Positions 49,794 to 59,937 of a DNA stretch of 64,000 nt are shown here, in pieces. The DNA is taken from positions 64,001 to 128,000 of the forward strand of contig CAVXYC010000029.1 in NCBI GenBank assembly GCA_963765765.1, given 5' to 3'. The position numbers were made by a program, and so were the translations under genes. Within the stretch, counting starts at the first letter, position 1. Each line of letters starts with the position of its first letter. The stretch is from an uncultured Chloroflexia bacterium (GTDB lineage Bacteria; Chloroflexota; UBA6077; JACCZL01). A model generated the notes under the pieces. That model did no database searches. It was not told the DNA's origin and was given only the letters and a program-made list of their open reading frames with translations.

Positions 49794-49941
49794 GCTCAAG
49801 AGAGACACGCGACCCCTTGTCGCGTCACGTAATCACATAAGTAAGCGAATTGCCGTTTGCTATAATGAGCAGAAGGCGGCCCAGCCCGGACTTGGCATGT
49901 GTTTTGACGAGTATTCCGGGGGGCTCGGAGGGGCCTAACGA

Positions 49942-51888
49942 ATGGATACTAAGTGGCTGCGCAACAGTTTCGTCTACCTTATTATCCTGGTGGCGATCAT
50001 TGCGCTCTTCTTCACCGTCTTCCAGCCCACAGGGGAACGTGATAGCCAGATAAGTTTGAATGAACTGGCAGCAGCGGTGAAGCGTGGTGAGGTCCGACGG
50101 ATCGATGTCAGTGAAGACAAGCTGACAATTGAGATTCCGGGCCGTCAAGGAAAGTTCACCGCTCGCAAGGAGCGGCAGGATACCGTTCCGCAGGTGCTGG
50201 CCAGTTACGGGGTAACACCGGAAGAACTTACGCGAGTCGAGTATCGGGTTGCCGATCCACCGCAGTTCAGCAATTGGCTCGGGCTCCTCGTCAATTTACT
50301 GCCTCTGATTTTCTTCGGAGCGATACTGCTGTTCATGATGCGGCAGGCTCAGGGAAGCAATAACCAGGCGCTTTCGTTCGGGAAGAGCCGCGCTCGGATG
50401 TTTATGGGCAACAAGCCCACCGTAACGTTTGCCGATGTCGCCGGCGTGGAGGAAGCGAAACAAGAGCTCCAGGAAGTTGTGGAGTTCCTCAAGTATCCCG
50501 AAAAGTTTTCCGCTCTGGGCGCTCGCATTCCCAAAGGCGTGCTGCTCGTTGGACCGCCTGGTACAGGCAAGACGCTTCTCTCACGCGCCGTTGCTGGCGA
50601 GGCAGGTGTGCCGTTCTTCAGCATCTCAGGGTCTGAGTTTGTCGAGATGTTCGTTGGCGTCGGCGCGTCCCGAGTCCGTGACCTTTTTGATCAAGCCAAA
50701 CGTAACTCGCCGTGTATCGTCTTCGTGGACGAGATCGACGCCGTCGGTCGACAGCGCGGCGCTGGCCTGGGCGGAAGCCACGATGAGCGCGAGCAGACCC
50801 TGAACCAGATCCTCGTCGAGATGGACGGGTTTGATACTAATACAAACGTGATCGTCATAGCTGCTACGAACCGCCCCGATGTTCTTGATCCGGCGCTACT
50901 ACGGCCAGGGCGGTTCGACCGTCAGGTCGTGCTTCCCCAACCAGACATTGGAGGCCGGCGTGCGATCCTCGATGTCCATGCGAAGGGCAAGCCGCTAGAC
51001 AAGACGGTACAGCTGGACGTGCTCGCCAAGCAGACTCCAGGCTTCTCGGGAGCCGATCTCGCGAACCTGATCAATGAAGCAGCCATTCTCGCAGCTCGAC
51101 GTAACAAGAAGACCGTCAGCATGCCCGAGATGGAAGAGGCGATTGACCGGGTCATCGCGGGACCTGAGCGGCGTAGCCGCATCATCAGCGAGAAGGAAAA
51201 GTGGGTCACAGCCTTCCATGAGGGCGGGCACGCCGTGGTCGGTCGGTTCCTTGACCACCATGATCCTGTCCACAAGATCTCCATCATCGCCCGTGGCATG
51301 ATGGGTGGTTACACCCGATATCTCCCGACCGAAGATCGATATCTCTGGACACGGTCGCAGTTCGAAGATCGATTGGCCGCGACGCTCGGCGGTCACGCCG
51401 CGGAGCGTGTCGTCTTCGGGGAGATGAGCACTGGCGCCGAGAATGACATCGAGGTTGCCACCAACATCGCGCGTAAGATGGTTAAGGAATACGGCATGAG
51501 CGAGCGCCTCGGCCCCGTGGCGCTCGGACACAAGGAAGAGCTTGTGTTCCTCGGTCGCGAAATTGGCGAGCAGAAGAACTACAGCGAAAAAGTGGCCGAA
51601 GCCATCGATGAAGAGATTCGGCGACTCATCGACGCAGGCTACGCCCAGGCGGTACAGATTCTTACGGAGCGCCGTGAGGTTCTCAATACGCTGGCGGAAG
51701 AGCTTGTAAAGCACGAGACTCTGGAGGGTGACATGCTCGAGCAGATCTTCCTCGGTCTCCCACCCCTTGATCCGCCGACTCCGACTCCTACGACGCCCAA
51801 CAGCGACTCCGATGAGCCGCAAGCCGTTCCACGGCCAGGTCCACAACCGACGCCGCGACTCTTGCCCGGCACGGCGGCTGGATCGTAG
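49942..51888 (+). CDS. ftsH: ATP-dependent zinc metalloprotease FtsH
   Basis: Two TM helices, [18 protein letters not shown] and HEGGH. Extended -10 TGcTATAAT at 49858-49866. Confidence 0.98.
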   Translation: MDTKWLRNSFVYLIILVAIIALFFTVFQPTGERDSQISLNELAAAVKRGEVRRIDVSEDKLTIEIPGRQGKFTARKERQDTVPQVLASYGVTPEELTRVEYRVADPPQFSNWLGLLVNLLPLIFFGAILLFMMRQAQGSNNQALSFGKSRARMFMGNKPTVTFADVAGVEEAKQELQEVVEFLKYPEKFSALGARIPKGVLLVGPPGTGKTLLSRAVAGEAGVPFFSISGSEFVEMFVGVGASRVRDLFDQAKRNSPCIVFVDEIDAVGRQRGAGLGGSHDEREQTLNQILVEMDGFDTNTNVIVIAATNRPDVLDPALLRPGRFDRQVVLPQPDIGGRRAILDVHAKGKPLDKTVQLDVLAKQTPGFSGADLANLINEAAILAARRNKKTVSMPEMEEAIDRVIAGPERRSRIISEKEKWVTAFHEGGHAVVGRFLDHHDPVHKISIIARGMMGGYTRYLPTEDRYLWTRSQFEDRLAATLGGHAAERVVFGEMSTGAENDIEVATNIARKMVKEYGMSERLGPVALGHKEELVFLGREIGEQKNYSEKVAEAIDEEIRRLIDAGYAQAVQILTERREVLNTLAEELVKHETLEGDMLEQIFLGLPPLDPPTPTPTTPNSDSDEPQAVPRPGPQPTPRLLPGTAAGS

Positions 51889-51894
51889 GAAACG

Positions 51895-52989
51895 ATGACA
51901 CGGCAGCTAGGGCCCAACGACCCCGTCACCGCGGGGTCGTTGCACGTTCAGAGACGTGTTGGCCTGAGCTACAGCCCTTCATTTCTCCAGCACGATACGG
52001 GGCCCATGCACCCGGAATCGATCCAGCGGTTGGAGGCCATCACGCGTGAGCTGAGCAATCGTGGCTTCACCGATCGATTGGTGACCTGGGAGCCCAGCCC
52101 CGCCGACAGTGCGACCATCGGTCTTGTGCATCCCCTCGAGCATCAGCGACGCGTTCAGCAGGCTTGTGCGATGGGTCCGGCTAGCCTCGACGCCGATACC
52201 GCCGTCTCAACCGGCTCCTGGGAGGCGGCCACACGGGCCGTGGGCGGAGTAGTGGAGGCGCTCGGGCGGGTCATCAACGGAGAGCTTGATCGGGCCTTCT
52301 GCCTGGGACGACCACCCGGTCATCACGCCCTGGCCGATCGGTCAATGGGCTTTTGCCTTTTCAACAACGTCGCTGTTGGTGCGCGATCAGCGATTCATAA
52401 GTCGCTTGCCGAACGTGTGGCGATTGTGGACATCGATGTTCATCACGGGAACGGTACACAGGCCATCTTCTACGACGATCCCAGCGTCCTGTACTGCTCC
52501 ACACACCAGTATCCGTACTATCCCGGCACGGGCGCACTGAACCAATCGGGCATCGGCCTGGGGGAAGGTGCCACGGTCAATCTGCCATTTCCGCCTGGCG
52601 TTGGAGACGACACCTACAGACGTGCGATGGATCAGGTCATCCGTCCGGCCCTTCAGCGATTTCAACCAGAAGCACTTGTGATCTCGCTTGGCTTCGACGC
52701 CCATTGGCGCGACCCCCTGGCAGGAATCCAGCTCAGTCTCGACGGGTACCGTCAGCTGCTGGCGGCACTGACCGAAATGGCCGATTCAGAATGTCAGGGA
52801 CGCATCGTGTTCGTACTGGAAGGAGGCTACGACCTAGACGTTCTTTCAAAGGGTTCGGCCATGCTAACGGCGATGTTGTTGGGCGATCCTGCGGTCGATG
52901 ACGAGCTCGGCTCGGCACCGTCCACTCACGAGGATCCTTTAGGGAAGGAGCTAGTTTCGGCCGCCGCAAGGCTGCATGATCTCGTCTGA
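51895..52989 (+). CDS. Histone deacetylase family Zn-dependent amidohydrolase
   Basis: Motifs HPES, RPPGHHA, GFCLFNN, DIDVHHGNGTQ, GFDAH and LEGGY. Confidence 0.93.
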   Translation: MTRQLGPNDPVTAGSLHVQRRVGLSYSPSFLQHDTGPMHPESIQRLEAITRELSNRGFTDRLVTWEPSPADSATIGLVHPLEHQRRVQQACAMGPASLDADTAVSTGSWEAATRAVGGVVEALGRVINGELDRAFCLGRPPGHHALADRSMGFCLFNNVAVGARSAIHKSLAERVAIVDIDVHHGNGTQAIFYDDPSVLYCSTHQYPYYPGTGALNQSGIGLGEGATVNLPFPPGVGDDTYRRAMDQVIRPALQRFQPEALVISLGFDAHWRDPLAGIQLSLDGYRQLLAALTEMADSECQGRIVFVLEGGYDLDVLSKGSAMLTAMLLGDPAVDDELGSAPSTHEDPLGKELVSAAARLHDLV

Positions 52990-53048
52990 TCTCAGCATCC
53001 AGGCATCTGATATATTCGCCACATTCCACGTGATCCTTCGGAGAAGCC

Positions 53049-53999
53049 GTGTATCGCGATCTGGCCATTTTTTCCGGAAATGCCCATCGAGAGCTCGCCG
53101 AGTCGGTCTGCAACTACCTCGGTGTAGAGCTTGGTCGGGCAGATGTGTTTGAGTTCACCAACGAGAATATTTTTGTCCGGATCAACCAGAACGTCCGTGA
53201 GCATGACGTCTTCGTGATTCAGCCCACGTGCGCTCCGGTGAGTAAGAGCTTGATGGAGCTATTCATCATGCTGGACGCGCTGAAACGCGCATCCGCCCGG
53301 CGAGTCACAGCGGTGATTCCGTACTTCAGCTACGGTCGATCAGACAAGAAAGACCAGCCTCGAGTTCCGATTACGGCCCGATTGCTGGCGGATCTCATTC
53401 AGGCTGCCGGGGCTGATCGCGTTTTGACAATTGATCTCCACGCTGGTCAAATCCAGGGGTTCTTCAAGATCCCAGTCGATGAGCTCACCGCCGTCTACCT
53501 CCTGTGCGATTACTTCCGAGGCATTGGACTGGAAGACCCTGTCGTGGTCTCCGCGGACATTGGATTTGCCAAGAAGGCCCGCAACTTCGCTGAGCTGCTG
53601 CATGCGCCCCTGGCCATCGTAGAGAAGCGTCGCGAGGTGCACGACGGTAATGTCGAATCGCTGCGGTTGATTGGCGACGTAAAGGGCAAAACGGCGCTCA
53701 TCGTGGATGACGAAGTAGATACGGCACGATCTCTGGTGGGTGCGATTCAGGTCTGCCACGAGTATGGTGCCGCCCAGGTGTATGCCAGCGCTGTGCATTC
53801 TGTACTCTCCGATCTGGCCGTGCAACGTCTTGCCGAGGCCGAGCTCGTGGAGTACGTGACAACCGATACGATTCCCATCACCGCCGAGAGCCGGAGGGCT
53901 CGGACGCGCGTCATCAGCGTGAGTGTGCTGCTGGGAGAGGCCATCAGTCGCATCCATACTGGCGGCTCCGTAGGCGCACTATTCGGCGCGGCTGTCTAA
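53049..53999 (+). CDS. prs: Ribose-phosphate pyrophosphokinase
   Basis: Motifs PYFSYGRSDKK, DLHAGQIQGFF, KRR and IVDDEVDT. Confidence 0.96.
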   Translation: MYRDLAIFSGNAHRELAESVCNYLGVELGRADVFEFTNENIFVRINQNVREHDVFVIQPTCAPVSKSLMELFIMLDALKRASARRVTAVIPYFSYGRSDKKDQPRVPITARLLADLIQAAGADRVLTIDLHAGQIQGFFKIPVDELTAVYLLCDYFRGIGLEDPVVVSADIGFAKKARNFAELLHAPLAIVEKRREVHDGNVESLRLIGDVKGKTALIVDDEVDTARSLVGAIQVCHEYGAAQVYASAVHSVLSDLAVQRLAEAELVEYVTTDTIPITAESRRARTRVISVSVLLGEAISRIHTGGSVGALFGAAV

Positions 54000-54130
54000 T
54001 CGGATGCCGCTGACGCGGCACGCCGTAGACCACCGACTTCGATCTGGCATGGCAAACTGAAGTCAGAAAGTGAGTGCGGCGTCTACGTGCGCCGCGCTCA
54101 TGTGCGCTCCGCGTAGCGTCCATTTCCCTT

Positions 54131-54155
54131 GGAACGTCTGTTCGTTACTTATAAT
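54131..54155 (+). promoter_or_regulatory. secA promoter containing a consensus LexA-type box
   Basis: GAAC-GTCT-GTTC (54132-54143) followed by TATAAT (54150-54155), 27 nt before the secA ATG. Confidence 0.6.
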
Positions 54156-54182
54156 GAGGTGACGGAACCCCTGAGGTAGCCA

Positions 54183-56867
54183 ATGCTGTCCTGGATCAAG
54201 CGTGTCGTGGGCACCGCCAACGACCGCGAGCTGAAACGCATCGAACCGCTTATCACCGAGATCAACGATCTCGAGGAAGAGTTCAAGGCACTCTCTGACG
54301 AGGAGCTTCGTGATAAGACGACGGAGCTGCGTGGATGCGTCCTTGCTGGCGACGACCTTGATTCAATCATCCCCGAAGCATTTGCCGCCGTTCGTGAGGC
54401 CGGTCGACGCACGCTGGGTATGCGTCACTATGACGTCCAGCTCATCGGCGGCATCGCGCTCCACGAAGGCAAGATCGCCGAGATGCGAACGGGTGAAGGG
54501 AAGACGCTCGTCGCCACACTTCCGCTTTATCTGAATGCGCTGGCGGGGCGCGGCGTGCATCTCGTGACCGTGAACGACTACCTCGCCAAACGCGACGCGC
54601 AATGGATGGGGCGGATTTATCATGCCCTTGGTATGACCGTTGGGGTCATCCAGCACGACGTTGCATTCGTTTACGACCCTGATTACCCGGCTGAGGATCC
54701 GTCGGTCCGCTTCCTTCGCCCTTGCTCGCACAGGCGTGAAGCGTATGCCGCTGACATTACCTACGGCACGAACAATGAGTTCGGGTTCGACTATCTACGC
54801 GACAACATGGTCTGGGATATCAACGACAAGGTACAGCGTGAGCTTTACTACGCAATCGTTGACGAAGTCGACAATATCCTGATCGACGAAGCTCGAACAC
54901 CGCTCATCATTTCTGGTCCGGCCGAGGAATCCGCTGACGAGTATCGAAGATTCGCCAGCGTAGTTCCGCGTTTACGGGAAGGTGAGGACGAAGACTTCAC
55001 CATCGAACAGCGGCACAAGGCGGTTCAGCTCACGGAGAAAGGCATCGCTCGCGTCGAGCAGATGATCGGCGTAGAGAACCTTTACGACGTTGCTAACTAC
55101 GAGTTGGCGCACTATCTCGAGAACGCGCTGAAGGCCCAGTTCACATATCAGCGTGATGACCAGTACGTGGTCAAAGACGGCGAGATCGTCATCGTTGACG
55201 AGTTTACTGGCCGGCTCATGCCCGGTCGCCGCTACAGCGAGGGCCTTCACCAGGCCATTGAAGCCAAGGAGGGCGTCCGCGTTCAGCGCGAGAACGTCAC
55301 TCTCGCACGGATCACGTTTCAGAACTACTTCCGGCTCTATGAAAAGCTGGGCGGAATGACGGGGACCGCGTCCACGGAGGTGGAGGAATTTCGTCGGATT
55401 TACAACCTCGATGTCTTGACCGTCCCCACGCACCGTCCCATGATTCGCGACGACGCGTCGGACCTCGTCTACAAGAGCGTTGACGCAAAGTATCAGGCAG
55501 TCGTTGAAGAAATCGAGGAGCGAAACAAGCGCGGTCAGCCTGTCTTGGTGGGCACCACTTCCATTGAAAAGTCGGAGCTCATAGCGCAGCTTCTCACTCG
55601 GCGCGGCATTCGCCACGAGGTGCTGAATGCAAAGCAGCATGAGCGTGAAGCGCACATCATCTCACAGGCAGGGCGCTCCAGCTCGGTGACGATTGCAACG
55701 AACATGGCCGGCCGTGGCGTTGACATTCTGCTGGGTGGCAACCCGGACGGTGTTGCCGATGAGCTCCTTCGAAAGGAAGGCGTCGATCGCATCACGGCCG
55801 AGCCCGAACAGGTCGCTGCCGCGTTCCAACGCGGAAAAGAGATGTGCGAGGCTGACCGCGTGAAGGTCACTGAGGTCGGCGGACTGCACATCATCGGAAC
55901 CGATCGCCACGAGGCGCGTCGGATCGACAATCAGCTCCGGGGGCGCGCGGGTCGCCAGGGCGATCCGGGTTCGTCGCGGTTCTACATTGCGCTCGATGAC
56001 GATCTGATGAAGCGCTTCGGGGGCGAGCGCATCGCCGGGATGATGGGCAAGCTCGGTCTCGAAGAAGACGTTCCTCTGGAGCACTCCTGGGTCAACAAGT
56101 CCATCGAGAACGCTCAATCAAAGGTCGAAGCCTACAACTACGACATCCGCAAGCATGTTGTGGAATACGACGATGTACTCAATCGACAGCGCGAAGTGAT
56201 CTACGCGGATCGCACGCGCATTCTCGAAGAGGAATCGCATCGTCCGATGCTCATGGAGTGGCTAAGCGATGAGCTCACTGATCTCATTGCCACCCACACG
56301 GCTGCTGAGCGTGTTGAGGATTGGGACCTGGAGGGTCTGGTCCGGCAGGTGGCCGCCATCTTCCCGCTCCCCGGCGAGATCACCATTGGAACCGAAGGAC
56401 GCGTCACGGCGGAAGACCTTCACGAGATGTTCATGGACCTAGCGAACAAAGCCTATGACGAGCGCGAAGAGCGCTTCGGCGCTGACGTTGTTCGGTTCAT
56501 CGAACGAGCGTGGATGCTCAACGTTATCGATCGTCATTGGATTCAGCATCTGACTGCTATAGATGACCTGCGCGAAGGAATCGGATTCCGGGCTTATGGC
56601 CAACGCGATCCGCTCGTGGAGTACAAGGTCGAGTCAGCGTCGATGTTCGACGACCTGCTTGCAACCATCCAGCATGACGTGGTGTATCTGCTCTTCCACG
56701 TTGAGCCTCGCGCTCAGGAACAGCCGCCGCAGCGCCGCGCTCCAGCGATGACCACCAACCGTGAGGAAGACACGCGGCAGCCAGTAAAAGCTGGACGACG
56801 CGTTGGCCGAAACGATCCCTGTCCCTGTGGAAGCGGTCAGAAGTACAAACGCTGTCACGGGAAATAG
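54183..56867 (+). CDS. secA: Preprotein translocase subunit SecA
   Basis: Motifs EMRTGEGKT, VDEVD..LIDEARTPLIIS, ATNMAGRG, QLRGRAGRQGDPG, and C-terminal RNDPCPCGSGQKYKRCH. Confidence 0.99.
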   Translation: MLSWIKRVVGTANDRELKRIEPLITEINDLEEEFKALSDEELRDKTTELRGCVLAGDDLDSIIPEAFAAVREAGRRTLGMRHYDVQLIGGIALHEGKIAEMRTGEGKTLVATLPLYLNALAGRGVHLVTVNDYLAKRDAQWMGRIYHALGMTVGVIQHDVAFVYDPDYPAEDPSVRFLRPCSHRREAYAADITYGTNNEFGFDYLRDNMVWDINDKVQRELYYAIVDEVDNILIDEARTPLIISGPAEESADEYRRFASVVPRLREGEDEDFTIEQRHKAVQLTEKGIARVEQMIGVENLYDVANYELAHYLENALKAQFTYQRDDQYVVKDGEIVIVDEFTGRLMPGRRYSEGLHQAIEAKEGVRVQRENVTLARITFQNYFRLYEKLGGMTGTASTEVEEFRRIYNLDVLTVPTHRPMIRDDASDLVYKSVDAKYQAVVEEIEERNKRGQPVLVGTTSIEKSELIAQLLTRRGIRHEVLNAKQHEREAHIISQAGRSSSVTIATNMAGRGVDILLGGNPDGVADELLRKEGVDRITAEPEQVAAAFQRGKEMCEADRVKVTEVGGLHIIGTDRHEARRIDNQLRGRAGRQGDPGSSRFYIALDDDLMKRFGGERIAGMMGKLGLEEDVPLEHSWVNKSIENAQSKVEAYNYDIRKHVVEYDDVLNRQREVIYADRTRILEEESHRPMLMEWLSDELTDLIATHTAAERVEDWDLEGLVRQVAAIFPLPGEITIGTEGRVTAEDLHEMFMDLANKAYDEREERFGADVVRFIERAWMLNVIDRHWIQHLTAIDDLREGIGFRAYGQRDPLVEYKVESASMFDDLLATIQHDVVYLLFHVEPRAQEQPPQRRAPAMTTNREEDTRQPVKAGRRVGRNDPCPCGSGQKYKRCHGK

Positions 56868-56876
56868 AGTTGGCCT

Positions 56877-56898
56877 GCGGCTCGGAACGAGCCGCTTT
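56877..56898 (+). terminator. Hairpin terminator after secA
   Basis: GCGGCTCG-GAA-CGAGCCGC-TTT. Confidence 0.65.
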
Positions 56899-56916
56899 GG
56901 ACCGCGGCGGTCTACC

Positions 56917-56945
56917 TTGACACCCGCCGGCTGACTTCGTAGGAT
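56917..56945 (+). promoter_or_regulatory. Sigma70 promoter of the gcv operon
   Basis: TTGACA-N17-TAGGAT, 22 nt before the gcvT ATG. Confidence 0.78.
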
Positions 56946-56967
56946 CGCCCAGGGATCTCTACTTTTA

Positions 56968-58086
56968 ATGTCTGAATTGCCTCTTTCTCGCACGGCGCTC
57001 TTCGACGAGCACGTCGCCTCGGGTGCTCGCCTCGTTGAGTTTGGCGGATGGGAGATGCCTGTTCAGTATCAGGGCATCATCGCCGAGCACACGATTGTTC
57101 GAACGGCCGTGGGGCTTTTCGATCTTTCGCATATGGGCCGTCTCAGATTTCGCGGGCCTGATGCGTTGTCCTTTGTGCAGCACCTCACCACCAATGACGT
57201 CTCACGGCTCGTTCCTGGCAGAGCTCAGTACTCGTTGTGCTGTGCTGACGACGGCGGCGTACTCGACGACGTTGTTGTCTATCGTCTAGATCCAGAGATT
57301 CTGATGGTGGTGAACGCATCCAATCGAGAGAAGATACTCGATCGCATCAAGGCGCTTCACAGTGCACGATCGTGGGATTTTGAAATGGTTGATGCGACAT
57401 CTGCCACCGCTATGATAGGCGTGCAGGGTCCGCTCGCTGAGGAGTATCTGCAACCGCTCGCCGACATCGAGCTCTCGGCAATTCGGTATTACGCGGGCGC
57501 AGATAGTCAGATAGACAGGACGCCCGCATTCATCGCTCGCACGGGCTACACCGGCGAGGACGGGTTCGAGCTCATCGTTTCCGCTGATGACGCCGCGTCT
57601 CTCTGGCGAGGCCTTCAGGTATCCCGTGGCGGTGTTTCGCCCGCACCCTGCGGTCTTGGCGCACGGGACACGCTTCGTCTGGAAGCCGGGATGGCGCTCT
57701 ACGGTCACGAGCTGAACGAGGATACGACGCCTTACGAAGCTGGGCTCGGCCGTGTTGTAAAGCTGGAAAAGGGCGAGTTTGCTGGGCAAGCAGCTCTTCA
57801 GGAGCTCAGTCAGAGCCAGGCGGCCCGGCGACTCGTGGGTTTCCAGCTTACGGGGCAAGGAGTCCCTCGGCAGGGATATAGAGTACTCAATGACGGCACG
57901 AACATCGGCGTCGTAACGAGCGGCACGATGTCGCCAACACTACACACCCCGATCGGTCTTGCCTACGTTGCCAACGACCGCGATCGAGCGGTAGGCTCCG
58001 AGATTCAGATCGAGATTCGTGGACGAGCCACGCCGGCTCAAATTGTGGCTGTCCCGTTTTACGCTCACCGGACTAAACGCGGGTAA
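56968..58086 (+). CDS. gcvT: Glycine cleavage system aminomethyltransferase T
   Basis: Motifs FGGWEMPVQY, FDLSHMG, RTGYTGEDGFE and GLGARDTLRLEAG. Confidence 0.97.
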   Translation: MSELPLSRTALFDEHVASGARLVEFGGWEMPVQYQGIIAEHTIVRTAVGLFDLSHMGRLRFRGPDALSFVQHLTTNDVSRLVPGRAQYSLCCADDGGVLDDVVVYRLDPEILMVVNASNREKILDRIKALHSARSWDFEMVDATSATAMIGVQGPLAEEYLQPLADIELSAIRYYAGADSQIDRTPAFIARTGYTGEDGFELIVSADDAASLWRGLQVSRGGVSPAPCGLGARDTLRLEAGMALYGHELNEDTTPYEAGLGRVVKLEKGEFAGQAALQELSQSQAARRLVGFQLTGQGVPRQGYRVLNDGTNIGVVTSGTMSPTLHTPIGLAYVANDRDRAVGSEIQIEIRGRATPAQIVAVPFYAHRTKRG

Positions 58087-58119
58087 TCGTCTCGCGACGC
58101 TCAGCTAGAAGGAGAATCT

Positions 58120-58497
58120 GTGAATCCGCCAGAACTGAAATACACCAGCGAGCACGAATGGGTTCGTGTCGACGGCGATGAGGCAGTGGTCGGAATCACT
58201 GAGTTCGCGCAGGATCAGCTTGGTGACGTTGTATACGTCGAGCTTCCGAGCGTGGGCACTCGCATAGAGCAGAATAAGCAGTTTGGCGTCGTGGAGTCGG
58301 TGAAGACGGCGTCAGACCTCTACTCGCCGCTAACGGGCGAGGTCACCGCCGTCAATGACACACTCGTGGACGAGCCTCAGAGCGTCAACGACGCGCCGTA
58401 CGGAGAGGGCTGGATGATCCGCGTGCGGCCCGACAATTTGAGTGAGCTCGATTCGCTACTCTCCGCTGAGCAATACGCGGACCTTACCGGCGACTGA
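58120..58497 (+). CDS. gcvH: Glycine cleavage system H protein
   Basis: Motifs YTSEHEW, AQDQLGDVVYVELP, ESVK (lipoyl Lys) and PYGEGW. Confidence 0.97.
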   Translation: MNPPELKYTSEHEWVRVDGDEAVVGITEFAQDQLGDVVYVELPSVGTRIEQNKQFGVVESVKTASDLYSPLTGEVTAVNDTLVDEPQSVNDAPYGEGWMIRVRPDNLSELDSLLSAEQYADLTGD

Positions 58498-58581
58498 GGC
58501 CAGCTTCACAGGCGAAATATCGCGTGCACCCGTCGCGTGGTTCCACGTCGACGAAGTTCGAGGGAGGACCCAGGCCGGGTT

Positions 58582-59937
58582 ATGGCATTTATTCCGCTGA
58601 CAGACGACGAACGATCGGCGATGTTGCGCCAGATCGGCGTGGCCTCCGTTGATGATCTTTTCTCGGATATCCCGGCAGACTTCCGTTTTCCAACGCTCGA
58701 GATCGAGCCCAGCATCTCAGAGCTCGAAGTGCTCCGAAAGATGTCGGGCCTGGCTGGGCGCAATCGACACGTACGGCAACAACCGACTTTCATAGGCGCA
58801 GGCGCATACGATCACTTCATACCGAGCATCGTGAACCACGTGGTCGCTCGAAATGAGCTCTACACCGCTTATACGCCGTACCAGGCGGAGGCGAGTCAGG
58901 GCACGCTGCAGTTCATGTTCGAGTTCCAGAGCCTGATCTGCGACCTTCTCGAAATGGACGTGGCGAACTCATCCGTGTACGACGGTGCGAGTGGTCTCGC
59001 GGAAGCGGTGCTCATGGCGCTCAGGATTACCGGACGCGATCGAGTGGTCCTCGCCGCCTCGGTGTATCCGGAGTACCGACAAGTCGTGGAGACGTATCTC
59101 GAAGGTCGTGATCTACACGTCGTCTCCCCGGCACCGCGATTGGAAGGCGGCCGAATCGTCGCGCCGTCAGTGCTTGACCTTGTCGATGGAAACACGGCCT
59201 GTATCGTGGTGCAGCAGCCCAGTGTCTTCGGAGATATCCAGGACCTCACCGAGATCCAGAAACGGGCTGAGGAAGTCGGCGCCCTATTCATCGTAGTGAC
59301 AGGTGATCCGGTGTCTCTAGGGTTACTGAAGACGCCTGGCCACTGGGGCGCCGATATCGCCGTGGGCGAGGGACAGGGAATCGGCGTTCACCTCCAGTAT
59401 GGCGGCCCCTGGGTCGGCTACATGGCCTGCAAGCAAAAGCATCTCCGACAGTTACCCGGCCGAATCGTCGGCCAGACGACGGACGATCAGGAGCGCCGCG
59501 GATTTGTGCTTACGCTCCAGGCGCGTGAGCAGCACATCCGACGTGAGAAGGCAACGTCTAACATCTGTACCAGCCAAACACTTCTCTCCATCGCGGTGAC
59601 GGCCTATCTAACAGCTATGGGACCTTCGGGACTGCGGGGCGCGGCACGTCTCTCACATGCACGAGCGGCCGAAGCGGCCGAACGCATCGGCGCTCTGCCC
59701 GGGTACAAAGTGCTCACCCCGGAGCCCTTCTTCAATGAGTTCGTGGTCGCCGGCCCCCGCGCCGCGCGGGAGACACAGACCGCCCTATTGGAGCATGACA
59801 TTCTTGCTGGATATTCACTGGATGCACTGGGTAAGGAATTCGAGCATTGCCTCTTGTTGTGTGCAACTGAGGTGAATACAAGTGAACACATCAGTCAGTT
59901 AACCTCGGCGCTGTCAGAGATCGGAGGTGCCCGATGA
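58582..59937 (+). CDS. gcvPA: Glycine dehydrogenase subunit 1
   Basis: Motifs GAGAYDH, YTPYQAEASQG, YDGAS and REQHIRREKATSNIC. ATG start at 58582. Confidence 0.96.
   Translation: MAFIPLTDDERSAMLRQIGVASVDDLFSDIPADFRFPTLEIEPSISELEVLRKMSGLAGRNRHVRQQPTFIGAGAYDHFIPSIVNHVVARNELYTAYTPYQAEASQGTLQFMFEFQSLICDLLEMDVANSSVYDGASGLAEAVLMALRITGRDRVVLAASVYPEYRQVVETYLEGRDLHVVSPAPRLEGGRIVAPSVLDLVDGNTACIVVQQPSVFGDIQDLTEIQKRAEEVGALFIVVTGDPVSLGLLKTPGHWGADIAVGEGQGIGVHLQYGGPWVGYMACKQKHLRQLPGRIVGQTTDDQERRGFVLTLQAREQHIRREKATSNICTSQTLLSIAVTAYLTAMGPSGLRGAARLSHARAAEAAERIGALPGYKVLTPEPFFNEFVVAGPRAARETQTALLEHDILAGYSLDALGKEFEHCLLLCATEVNTSEHISQLTSALSEIGGAR

Noticed and set aside
56868-56967. Glycine riboswitch upstream of gcvT
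   Set aside because: The 100 nt are taken up by a terminator and a promoter; no GGAGA/CTCTCAGG aptamer motifs.
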